From Candidatus Eiseniibacteriota bacterium (GTDB lineage Bacteria; Eisenbacteria; RBG-16-71-46): 64,000 nt of DNA. The notes under the pieces were generated by a model, which saw only the letters and a list, made by a program, of their open reading frames with translations, was not told the DNA's origin and did no database searches. Made by a program: the position numbers and the translations under genes. Location: contig DASXQT010000010.1 of the NCBI GenBank assembly GCA_036507005.1, positions 285 to 64,284 of the forward strand, written 5' to 3'. This document shows positions 19,972 to 28,301 of the stretch, in pieces (within the stretch, counting starts at the first letter, position 1; each line of letters opens with the position of its first letter).

Positions 19972-21188
19972 TCATCGGGCCCTGCACCGTGATGACCGGA
20001 GGTGCTACGCCCCGCGTGATCGAAGGCGCGGCGGTGCGCGTGGTGGGCGCGCACATCGCGCAGGTCGGCCCGGCGGGGGAGGTCGCGGCCGCCCACCCCG
20101 AGGACACGCTGTGGCCCGCGCGCGGCCGCGTGCTGATGCCGGGCTTCGTCAACACCCACGCCCACCTGGCGCGCCACCTGGCGCGCGGCCTCGGGCTCCG
20201 CGGGACGGCGGCGTGGCGGCGCTACGACCGCGCGCTCTCGGCCGAGGACGTGCGCTGGGCGGCGACCGCCGCGCTCGCCGAGGGCGTGCGCCACGGGGTC
20301 ACCACGGTGTGCGACTTCCATCGCTCCGAGTCCTGCCTCGAGCTGTCGCTTTCGGAGATCGCGGGCGCGGCGCGCCAGGTGGGCGTGCGGGTCGCCACCT
20401 GCTACGGGGCCGCCGAGCACGATCCGCCGGCGGAGCGGCGCGCGGCGTTCGAGGAGAGCGCGAGCCTCGCCGCCGAGAGCGCACGCGGGCGCGAGGGGCG
20501 GCTGCGCGGGACGATCGGCGTCCACGCCGCGACGCTCGCCGGCCTCGACGCGCTCGTGGATCGCGCCCTCGAGCACGCGGACGGGCGGCTCGCGGTCCAC
20601 GTCGAGCTCGGGCTCGACCTCACCCCCGGCGAGCGCTGGCGCGGTGGGCGGCAGTGGCGCGAGAGCCGGCCGCCGGCCCTGTGGGCGCATGCCGAGGCGG
20701 CGCCGCGCGGCCTGCTCGGCACGGCGCGGGAGCGCGGCGACGCGCTGTGCGCCATGGGCGCGGTCGCGGCGCTGGTGCGCGAGGCGGAGATCGCGTGGGG
20801 GAGCGACGCCTCGGTGAACGCACCGCCGCTCGCGGACGCGGCCGGCGGCTGGGCGACCGGCGAGCGGGCGCGGCTCCACTACCGGCGCCTGTTCGTGAAC
20901 GGCCCGCGCTGGGCCGCGCGCCATTTCGGCGAGGGCCTGGGAACCATCGAGCCCGGCGCCCCCGCGGACCTCGTGCTCGTGGACTACCGGCCCGCGACCG
21001 AGTTCTCGACCCGCACCCTCTTCGACCACCTCGGGTCCGGCCTGCTGCGCGCCCCGATCGCATGTGTGATGGTGGCGGGCGAGCCGGTGGTGGACAACGG
21101 CGTGCTGGTCACCGCCGACGAGGGCGAGATCGCCGCCCGCGCGCGCGCGAGCGCGGCGCGGGTGTGGGAGAGGATCGCGCGCTCCTGA
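19968..21188 (+). CDS. amidohydrolase family protein (SsnA/chlorohydrolase-like), second tandem copy
   Basis: ATG 19968 overlaps the upstream TGA (ATGA). FVNTHAHLARHL (HxH), VHVELG and GSDASVNAPP are amidohydrolase motifs. Confidence 0.8.
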   Translation: MIIGPCTVMTGGATPRVIEGAAVRVVGAHIAQVGPAGEVAAAHPEDTLWPARGRVLMPGFVNTHAHLARHLARGLGLRGTAAWRRYDRALSAEDVRWAATAALAEGVRHGVTTVCDFHRSESCLELSLSEIAGAARQVGVRVATCYGAAEHDPPAERRAAFEESASLAAESARGREGRLRGTIGVHAATLAGLDALVDRALEHADGRLAVHVELGLDLTPGERWRGGRQWRESRPPALWAHAEAAPRGLLGTARERGDALCAMGAVAALVREAEIAWGSDASVNAPPLADAAGGWATGERARLHYRRLFVNGPRWAARHFGEGLGTIEPGAPADLVLVDYRPATEFSTRTLFDHLGSGLLRAPIACVMVAGEPVVDNGVLVTADEGEIAARARASAARVWERIARS

Positions 21189-21250
21189 GGCGGCGGGCGC
21201 CCGGGCCCGCGACGAGCGCTGCGGAGGGGGGGGTGCTCGCGGCGGAACGA

Positions 21251-21610
21251 TCAGCCCTCCGGCCGCTCCCAGCCGTACTCCCGCTCCACCCGGGTCACGC
21301 GGATGCGGTAGCGGCGGTACCACCTCTCCCGGCCCATCGCCTGCACGAGCCGGTGCTCGGCCACCTGCTTCCACGCGCGGACCGCCTCGAGGCTCGCCCA
21401 GTAGGAGACGGTGATGCCCGCGCCGTCCGCGGCGCGCGCGGTCTCCATGCCGAGATAGCCCGGCTGTTGCGCGGCCAGACGCTCCATCTCGGCCGAGGCG
21501 TGGCCGTACCCCTCGGCGTCCGCCCCGGTGCGGAGCGAGGTGAAGACCACCGCGTAGTAGGGCGGCTCGGGGGTTCGCGCGATGGGGCCCGAGGGCTCGG
21601 AATCGTGCAC
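21251..21610 (-). CDS. antibiotic-biosynthesis-monooxygenase (ABM) domain protein
   Basis: [39 protein letters not shown]...[14 protein letters not shown] fits the ferredoxin-like ABM fold pattern. Confidence 0.65.
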   Translation of the reverse strand: MHDSEPSGPIARTPEPPYYAVVFTSLRTGADAEGYGHASAEMERLAAQQPGYLGMETARAADGAGITVSYWASLEAVRAWKQVAEHRLVQAMGRERWYRRYRIRVTRVEREYGWERPEG

Positions 21611-21677
21611 GGCGGGTTCCTCCAGTCGGGACCGGGAATCTAGGCGCTCGCCCCGGGTTCCGCTACTCTCGCGGGGC

Positions 21678-22163
21678 GTGCTGCGAGTGGACCCTGCGGT
21701 TTCGCCCGAGGACCTGTCGGAGGTCCGCGCCCTGTTCCGCGAGTACGCGGACTCGCTCGGGATCGACCTCTCCTTCCAGGACTTCGATCGCGAGCTGGCC
21801 GGGCTGCCTGGCGACTACGCGCCGCCCGCGGGGCGGCTGCTGCTCGCGCGCGTGGAGGACCGGGTCGCGGGCTGCGTGGCGCTGCGCGCGCTCGAGCCCG
21901 GAGTGTGCGAGATGAAGCGCCTGTACGCGCGCCCCGAGTTCCGCGGCCGCGGCGTGGGCCGCGGGCTGGCGCAACGCTGTGTTCGGGCGGCGCGTGCGGC
22001 GGGCTACGAGCGCATGCGCCTCGACACGCTGCCCATGATGGCCGAGGCGATCGCGCTCTATCGCGCGCTGGGCTTTCGGCCGGTTGCGCCGTATCGTTTC
22101 AACCCGGTCCCGGGTGCGATGTTCCTGGAGCTGAACCTCAGGGCCGGCGGCGCGGGGCGTTGA
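21678..22163 (+). CDS. GNAT family N-acetyltransferase
   Basis: GTG start at 21678. [52 protein letters not shown] is a classic GNAT motif A/B. Confidence 0.7.
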   Translation: MLRVDPAVSPEDLSEVRALFREYADSLGIDLSFQDFDRELAGLPGDYAPPAGRLLLARVEDRVAGCVALRALEPGVCEMKRLYARPEFRGRGVGRGLAQRCVRAARAAGYERMRLDTLPMMAEAIALYRALGFRPVAPYRFNPVPGAMFLELNLRAGGAGR

Positions 22164-22200
22164 ACCCGCGCCGGAGTCCGCAGGCCGCGAAGGGAGCCTC

Positions 22201-22980
22201 ATGCGCATTCCGCTCTATCAAGTGCACGCCTTCGCCGCCCGCGTGTTCGCGGGCAACCCGGCGGGCGTCTGCCCGCTCCCGCGCTGGCTCGACGACGCCA
22301 CGATGCAGTCGATCGCGGCCGAGAACGCCCTGGCCGAGACCGCCTTCTTCGTGCGCGAGGACGGAGGCTACGACATCCGCTGGTTCACCCCGGTGCAGGA
22401 GATCGACCTGTGCGGGCACGCCACGCTGGCCTCGGGCTTCGTCGTGTTCCACCACCTCGATCCTGCCGCCCGCGCCGCGACCTTCCGCTCGAAGAGCGGG
22501 CCGCTCACGGTGACCCGCGACGGCGAGCGGCTCACCCTCGACTTCCCGGCCCGGCCGCCCGCCGCCTGCGAGCGGCCGGCCGCGCTCGACCGGGCGCTCG
22601 GGCACGCGCCGCGCGAGGTGCTGCGCGCGCGCGACTACCTCGCGGTGTACGGGAGCGAGGACGAGGTGCGCTCGCTCGACCCACGCATGGATGAGATCGC
22701 GGCGCTCGACGCGCTGGGCGTGATCGCCACGGCGCCGGGGAAGGCTTCCGACTTCGTGTCGCGCTTCTTCGCGCCGCGCGCCGGCGTCCCCGAGGATCCC
22801 GTCACGGGCTCGGCCCACTGCACGCTCGTCCCCTACTGGTCGGCCCGGCTCGGCCGGAAGAAGCTCCACGCGTTCCAGGTCTCGCGCCGCGGCGGCGAGC
22901 TGTGGTGCGAGGATCGCGGCGCGCGGGTCCTGATCGCCGGGCGCGCGGTGCCCTACCTTGAAGGCACGATCGAGGTCTAG
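22201..22980 (+). CDS. PhzF-family phenazine-biosynthesis-like isomerase
   Basis: MRIPLYQVHAFAARVFAGNPAGVCPL...TAFFVRE..DIRWFTPVQEIDLCGHATLA...FFAPRAGVPEDPVTGSAHCTLVPYW matches the PhzF/DAP-epimerase-like fold. Confidence 0.85.
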   Translation: MRIPLYQVHAFAARVFAGNPAGVCPLPRWLDDATMQSIAAENALAETAFFVREDGGYDIRWFTPVQEIDLCGHATLASGFVVFHHLDPAARAATFRSKSGPLTVTRDGERLTLDFPARPPAACERPAALDRALGHAPREVLRARDYLAVYGSEDEVRSLDPRMDEIAALDALGVIATAPGKASDFVSRFFAPRAGVPEDPVTGSAHCTLVPYWSARLGRKKLHAFQVSRRGGELWCEDRGARVLIAGRAVPYLEGTIEV

Positions 22981-23929
22981 CCGGCACCGCGCCGGCACCT
23001 CTCTGCTCGCGCTCGGGGCGCTCGCGGCGGGGGGCGGGTGGGGCGCGCGCGATCCCGGCCCCGTCCTGCGCCGCTACTACGCCCCGCTCGCGCGCGTGGA
23101 GCGCCGCGCGGCGCCCGCGTTCGGCGCCGGGGTCGAGCGCTGGAAGCTGATCACCGCGCGCGGCGACACCGTGAGGGCGCTGTGGCGCGCCGCCCGCCCC
23201 GGCCTCCCGCGCCCGTGGACCGCGGTGATGATGGGCGGGCTCCAGACCGGCGATCGCGCCGCGCTGCTCCTGCCCCCGGAGGCCCCGTTCCACGTGCTCG
23301 CGGTGGATTGGCCGTGGCCCGGGTCGCGCACGCTCACGCCGACGGAGTTCGCGCTCCAGCTCCCGGCGATCGAGCGCGCGGCGCTGCGCTCGCCGTCGGT
23401 GCTGGCGCTCGCCGCCGAGGCGGTGGCCCGCGCGCCGGGCGTTGACCCCGCGCGCATCGTGCTCGTGGGCGCGAGCCTCGGCGTTCCGCCGGCGCTGGCC
23501 GCGCTGCGCCTCACCGCCGTGCCGGACGCGCTGGTGCTGGTGGACGGCGCGGCCGACCTCGAGCTGCTGATGCGCCTGGGGCTCGAGCGCCACGGCTGGC
23601 TGCACGCCCCGGCCACGGTCACGGCGGCGCTCGCCTATCAGGCGGCGTGGCCGCTCGAGCCCGCGCTCAACGCGCGCGCCGCCTCGGGCCTGCCGGTGCT
23701 GCTGATGAACAGCGTGCGCGACGAGCGCACGCCGCGCTCGGCGGTGCTCGAGCTCCACGCCTGCCTGCCGCGCGCCACCGTGCGCTGGCGCGGGGATCCG
23801 CACCTGCACCCGAGCCAGGGCGACGTGATCTCGCGACTCGCGGGCGACGCGGACGCGTGGCTCAGAGCCCGCGATCCGGGGCGTGCGGCGGGCCCCGAGC
23901 CGCGCGCAGCGCCGTCCGGCCCGCGCTGA
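22958..23929 (+). CDS. alpha/beta hydrolase (dienelactone-hydrolase-like)
   Basis: The VLVGASLGVPPA G-x-S-x-G motif lies with the surrounding hydrolase topology. The start is uncertain because the ORF overlaps the PhzF end by 23 nt. Confidence 0.55.
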   Translation: MKARSRSSRHRAGTSLLALGALAAGGGWGARDPGPVLRRYYAPLARVERRAAPAFGAGVERWKLITARGDTVRALWRAARPGLPRPWTAVMMGGLQTGDRAALLLPPEAPFHVLAVDWPWPGSRTLTPTEFALQLPAIERAALRSPSVLALAAEAVARAPGVDPARIVLVGASLGVPPALAALRLTAVPDALVLVDGAADLELLMRLGLERHGWLHAPATVTAALAYQAAWPLEPALNARAASGLPVLLMNSVRDERTPRSAVLELHACLPRATVRWRGDPHLHPSQGDVISRLAGDADAWLRARDPGRAAGPEPRAAPSGPR

Positions 23930-24277
23930 TCGTTGCCCCTTCCGGGTCACCCGCGGGCGCTCGGGCTGCACCTTCCGGAACAGATGGCCGCTCGCGCGCG
24001 GCCCCGCTCCCGGCGCGGGTTTCGGCCCCAACTCGTTGGTGCGCAAAGCGCTGTCCGGCAGCCCCCGGCCCACGGCACGCCGCCTGCTCATTGGGCCGCC
24101 GTGAAGCGCGTCGTGTTCGTACGCTCCACCAGTCACCGAGGAGAGAGCCGTGTCGGGTCGGATCCGAAGCTCGTGCGACAAGGCTGGCTGGTAGGGCTCG
24201 AGAACGACGCGCCGCGTCGAACGCGGACCCAGGGGTCCGCAAACGCAGAACCCCGGCTCCTTGTCGTGGAGGAAACC

Positions 24278-24607
24278 GTGAAACGCATCATCGGGATGGG
24301 ACTCATGCTCGCCACGCTGCTGGCACTCACCGCCGGCCTCGCGTCGGCGGGCACCGCGACGCCGCGGGTCAACCGACGTGAGACCCGGCAGCACGCGCGC
24401 ATCCGCCAGGGAGTGGAGAGCGGCCAGATCACGCCGCTCGAAGCCGCGCGGCTCCGAGAGATGCAATGGCACCTCCGCCGCATGGAGCTGATCGCGAAGG
24501 CGGACGGCATCGTGACGCCGACCGAGCGCCTCATGCTCCTGCGGGCGCAGAACCGGCAGAGCCGGCACATCTACTGGCTCGAGCACAACGCGAGGACGAA
24601 GACGTAG
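24278..24607 (+). CDS. small secreted/periplasmic hypothetical protein
   Basis: GTG 24278 is preceded by GGAGGA. The signal peptide is VKRIIGMGLMLATLLALTAGLASAGTA. A strong intrinsic terminator follows. Confidence 0.55.
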   Translation: MKRIIGMGLMLATLLALTAGLASAGTATPRVNRRETRQHARIRQGVESGQITPLEAARLREMQWHLRRMELIAKADGIVTPTERLMLLRAQNRQSRHIYWLEHNARTKT

Positions 24608-24669
24608 AGATCCCGTCGCACCAGCTCGTCGTGTGCCAGGGCAAGGGACTGAGCGAGGTGCGGCGTTGA

Positions 24670-24711
24670 GCCCCCGGCGGAGCGATCCGCCGGGGGCAGT
24701 TTCTTTTGGGG
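24670..24711 (+). terminator. intrinsic terminator
   Basis: GCCCCCGGCGG-agcgat-CCGCCGGGGGC followed by AGTTTCTTTTGGGG. Confidence 0.75.
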
Positions 24712-24751
24712 CGGGCGCGAGGGCATACTCCGGGCGCCCCGGAGGCTTCCC

Positions 24752-25240
24752 ATGAGCTTCGCCGAATCCCTGCTGCCCGAGTTCGACCTGGAGATGGCCA
24801 CGACCCGCCGGCTGCTCGAGCGCGTGCCGGGTGCCAAGGGCGAGTGGAAGCCGCATCCCAAGTCGTTCGCGCTCGCGCACCTCGCGCAGCTCCTGACGTG
24901 GATGCCGGGCTGGATCGCGAACAGCCTGCGCGAAACCGAATACGACTTCATGAAGGCTCCGCGCTACAGCTTCGAGACCACCGAGACGCTGCTCCGCGAG
25001 TTCGACCGCAACGTGCGCGAGGCGCGCGCGGCGATCGCCGCCACGCGCGACGCCGACCTCGGCGTGGCGTGGTCGCTCAAGCGCGGCGACCAGGCCGTGT
25101 TCACCGCGCCCCGCGGGACGGTGGTGCGGAACCACATCAGCCATCTCGTCCATCACCGCGGCCAGCTCTCGGTCTACCTGCGCCTGATCGACGTGCCGCT
25201 CCCGCCGATCTACGGTCCTACGGCGGACGAGAGGCCGTAG
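24752..25240 (+). CDS. DinB-family (DinB_2/YfiT-like) protein
   Basis: LAHLAQLLTWMPGW...HISHLVHHRGQLSVYLRL shows the H..H..H metal triad spacing of the DinB_2 fold. In characterised members (YfiT) this fold supports thiol S-transferase chemistry. Confidence 0.8.
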   Translation: MSFAESLLPEFDLEMATTRRLLERVPGAKGEWKPHPKSFALAHLAQLLTWMPGWIANSLRETEYDFMKAPRYSFETTETLLREFDRNVREARAAIAATRDADLGVAWSLKRGDQAVFTAPRGTVVRNHISHLVHHRGQLSVYLRLIDVPLPPIYGPTADERP

Positions 25241-25257
25241 CTCCGGCCCGGCGCCGC

Positions 25258-25935
25258 GTGGACTTCGAGGTCCGGGTCAAGCTCGCGATCTACGGCATCA
25301 CCGCGCGTCGCGGGCTCCCGCCGCGGCCGGACGAGCTGGCGAGCGAGCTGGGTGCCAGCGCCGACGAGATTCGCGCGGCCTGCGAGGGGCTGGCGCGGCG
25401 CCGCCTGCTCGTGCTCGATGCAGACGGCCGAGGCATCCGCATGGCCCCGCCGTTCTCCGGAATTCCCACCCCGCACCGCGTGCGCGTGGACGGGATCGAC
25501 TACTTCGCCAACTGCGCCTGGGACGCGCTCGGGATCCCCGCGGCGCTTCATCGGCCGGGCCAAGTGCGCTCGTCGTGCGCGCGGTCGCACCAGCCCCTGC
25601 GTCTCGAGATCGGCCTGCGGGGCCCGGCGCGCTCTCCCTGGCTCTTCCACTGCCTGGTGCCCGCCGCGCAGTGGTGGAACGACATCGTCTTCACCTGAAG
25701 CACGATGCTCTTCTTCCGGTCGGAAGCCTTCATCGACGCATGGTGCCGCGAGCGCTCGGTCCCGCGCCGGCCGGCGGTGACCATGGATCAGCTCTGGACG
25801 CTCGCCGTCACGTGGTACGCGACGCGCCTCGAGCCCGAGTCGCGCCGCCCGGCTCCCGACGAGATGCGCGGGATCTTCGCGGGCATCGGCCTCACCGGCG
25901 ACTTCTGGGATCCCAAGGCCGACACGTTCGGCTGA
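25258..25935 (+). CDS. merB: organomercurial (alkylmercury) lyase MerB homolog, interrupted by an in-frame TGA at 25696-25698 (candidate selenocysteine codon, or a pseudogene)
   Basis: GTG at 25258. The MerB N-terminal helix region and the catalytic C-x-x-D (GIDYFANCAWDALGIPAAL, vs R831b MerB ..YAWCALDTLIFPAL with Cys96 and Asp99) are present. After IVFT-TGA-STMLFFRSEAFIDAW the segment aligns to MerB SFCC(159/160)HVHFFASVPTAEDW, so the TGA falls on the Cys159/160 position. Both pieces are in the same frame (25258 and 25705 share a frame; total 226 codons vs 212 in MerB). Hairpin CUUCC-GGUC-GGAAG at 25713-25726, 14 nt after the TGA. Confidence 0.6.
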
Positions 25936-26201
25936 GGCGGGCTCGGGCAAGGCAGCCCGCGGCGGCCACGGCGGCCGCAACCTATTCCACAAAATTTCCC
26001 ACAACTCGTTCTTGCCGCGTTCACGGGCATCGCGGTAGCGTCGATCGCACGAGGAGAGGAAGGGCCGCGCAATCCCGGCCGGGTCGCGCGAAGGAGTCGC
26101 CGATGCGCCGTGCCCTCGACGCCGCTGCAGCCGCCCGTCCCCCGTGCCGCCCCCGCGATCGATCCCCCCGCCCATGGTGGCGTCCGCGCGCCGCCGCGCG
26201 C

Positions 26202-27917
26202 ATGGCGCCGGTTCTCGCCGCGGCGCTGCTCGCGGCGGCCCCCGCCACGGCCGCCCCGGGCGACCCGGGTCACACCGTCACGATCTGGGTGCACGGCTTC
26301 GACACGAATGGCGCGGGCCGTCACGGGACCTACGGCGACGATCTCGCGCTCCGCTCCGCCACGGACAGCCTCGCCGCGCTGGTGGGCCTGCCGACGATCG
26401 AGCCCGGAGAGGCCGCGCCGCCTCCCGACGTGGTCGCGGCCACGACCTACTACGGCGACACGCCTCCGGCCTACTACTCCGCCGCGGACGTCGCCGACGT
26501 CGATGGGATCACCGCCCAATACGGCGGCGGCGTGCCGCGCTACGCCCTGATCGTGGCCAAGTACGCGCGCCAGCTGCTCCGGCGCTCGGGCGCATCGCAG
26601 GCGAACCTCGTGAGCGCCAGCTTCGGCTCGCTGGTCGCGCGCTGGATGATCGAGAAGGACGTCGAGGGGCTCGCGAGCGAAGGCAGGATCGCGCGCTGGC
26701 TGACCGCCGAGGGCGTGCTGTGCGGCAACTGGGCCGCGAGCCGCCCCGAGACCATGAAGCTGCTCGACCTCCCGGGCATCGATTTGATCGACCTGGTCCA
26801 CATGAGCTACGGCTGGATCGAGGCGAACCTGCACTCCCCGCGCACCGAGGCCGACAACCCGCTGCTCGCGGGCATCCTGATCGGGCAGATGGGCTCGACC
26901 GATGACCGCGCGCGCAGCGCGTCGCTCAGCGTGGCCATGGCCGCCTACGGCGAGTTCGCGCCCAACGACGGCGTGCAGGCGCTGCCGGATGCGTACTTCC
27001 ACGACGTGACCGCCGCTTCGCGGCTGCTGGGCCTGCCGCCGACCCTGAGCCTCTACCATGTTGGCCACTTCGACCTCGCGGGCGAGCGCGGCGCGTGGGT
27101 CCAGCTCGCGAGCTTCCTCACCCAGCGGCGCCGCGTCACGGTCACGATGACCTCGGCGCAGGTCTTCGACCTGCACGAGATCGCGCTTCCGTTCTGGGAC
27201 TGGAGGCCGGCCGAGATCACGTTCGAGTCCCGCGTCTACTCGCCGCTCGCGCAGGCGTTGTGGGGAATCTCCGAGCCGCTCTCGACCTGCGAGAAGGACG
27301 GGGCCGCCGCGCCGCTGCGGCTCTATCGCCAGAAGGGCGAGACCCGGAGCTTCCGCCAAGTGGTGTACGACGACTTCGTGATGGAGGGCGAGAGCGATCT
27401 CGTGCTCGAGCTTCACGCCGACGAGATCGATCACGACTGGCGCTACGGCGTCTTCGAGACCACGCAGACGCCCTCCTACGACGCCATGGGCGCCGGCACG
27501 ATCCGGGTCTCGACCCGAACGCCCGGCACCTATGCGTTCAACGCAGGCGATTGGGCGTGCACGCTCGAGGTCGGGGTGGTCGAGTATCCGTTCGGCACGC
27601 TCGCGCACGCGGTCGGCGTGGGTGAGGCCGCAGCGCCCGGCGGGCCGGTGGCGCTCGCGCTCTGGCCGAATCCGTTTTCCTCGAGCGTTCGCATCGCGGT
27701 TTCCGGTCTTGCCCCTTCGGTCGGGCTCTACCCCGCGCGGTTGACGATTCGCGACCTGTCCGGACGATCGATCCGGCGCATGGAGGGAGACGCGGGAGCG
27801 GGCTTCGTCTGGGATGGCCGCGACGACAGCGGCCGCCCCGTCCCGCCGGGCGTATACCTGCACCGCCTGGAGACGGAGGGCCGCGCGCTCGACGGGAGGA
27901 GCCTGCTGCTGCGCTGA
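26202..27917 (+). CDS. secreted alpha/beta-hydrolase-like lipase/esterase with T9SS-type C-terminal sorting domain
   Basis: Signal peptide MAPVLAAALLAAAPATAAPG. The TIWVHGFD oxyanion-hole-like motif and SASFGSLVARW lie in the body. The C-terminal ~85 aa carry the Por_Secre_tail pattern (WPNPFSSSVRIAV...IRDLSGRSIRRM...FVWDGRDDSGRPVPPGVYLHRLETEGRALDGRSLLLR). An alternative start is ATG 26103. Confidence 0.7.
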   Translation: MAPVLAAALLAAAPATAAPGDPGHTVTIWVHGFDTNGAGRHGTYGDDLALRSATDSLAALVGLPTIEPGEAAPPPDVVAATTYYGDTPPAYYSAADVADVDGITAQYGGGVPRYALIVAKYARQLLRRSGASQANLVSASFGSLVARWMIEKDVEGLASEGRIARWLTAEGVLCGNWAASRPETMKLLDLPGIDLIDLVHMSYGWIEANLHSPRTEADNPLLAGILIGQMGSTDDRARSASLSVAMAAYGEFAPNDGVQALPDAYFHDVTAASRLLGLPPTLSLYHVGHFDLAGERGAWVQLASFLTQRRRVTVTMTSAQVFDLHEIALPFWDWRPAEITFESRVYSPLAQALWGISEPLSTCEKDGAAAPLRLYRQKGETRSFRQVVYDDFVMEGESDLVLELHADEIDHDWRYGVFETTQTPSYDAMGAGTIRVSTRTPGTYAFNAGDWACTLEVGVVEYPFGTLAHAVGVGEAAAPGGPVALALWPNPFSSSVRIAVSGLAPSVGLYPARLTIRDLSGRSIRRMEGDAGAGFVWDGRDDSGRPVPPGVYLHRLETEGRALDGRSLLLR

Positions 27918-28007
27918 CGGGACGCGCGAGGCCCTGGGCGCCGGCGGTCTCCGCGCCCGCCGGGGCGTCTCTCGCGGCGCCGCGCTGCCCGCGGCGGATG
28001 CATTCAG

Positions 28008-28055
28008 CAGGCCCTGCTGCTCGACTTCGATCAGCGCGTCGCGCACGATCGCAAG
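28008..28055. repeat. inverted copy of the 68..115 repeat (degenerate duplicate of the DUF222-like gene 5' end), intergenic
   Basis: 48 nt with 2 mismatches to the reverse complement of 68..115. Weaker homology extends over ~27999-28090. No in-frame start codon lies upstream. Confidence 0.7.
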
Positions 28056-28071
28056 CTCGCTCCGGCGTGCT

Positions 28072-28091
28072 CACTCGCTCCGGAGCGAGTG
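28072..28091. repeat. perfect 20-nt palindrome CACTCGCTCCGGAGCGAGTG
   Basis: Self-complementary 10+10 nt. A second near-identical copy lies 81 nt downstream. Confidence 0.8.
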
Positions 28092-28152
28092 AATGCAATC
28101 ATGCCTGACGAACGCATGCATGCCGAAGCGCCTTCGTGGGCCGCCACGCGCC

Positions 28153-28172
28153 CACTCACTCCGGAGCGAGTG
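28153..28172. repeat. near-perfect 20-nt palindrome CACTCACTCCGGAGCGAGTG (1 mismatch)
   Basis: Second copy of the palindromic unit. Both sit in the 27918-28301 intergenic region upstream of a DinB gene. Confidence 0.75.
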
Positions 28173-28301
28173 GATGCGTGCGGGCCGCGCTCGAGCGTGA
28201 CGCCGCTCGCGCACCGCCGCGGCCCGGGGCGCACGATGCCGGCCGCCTGAGATCGCGGCCGGCGTGGCGCCGCGGCCCTGCGCGGCGTATCGTGCCCGCC
28301 G

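Noticed and set aside
25239-25700. Treating the MerB homolog as two separate genes (25258..25698 and 25705..25935)
   Set aside because: The two pieces are in the same frame, separated only by one TGA, and together reconstitute a colinear full-length MerB. The second piece has no SD and begins 2 codons after the stop. It is annotated as one interrupted gene.
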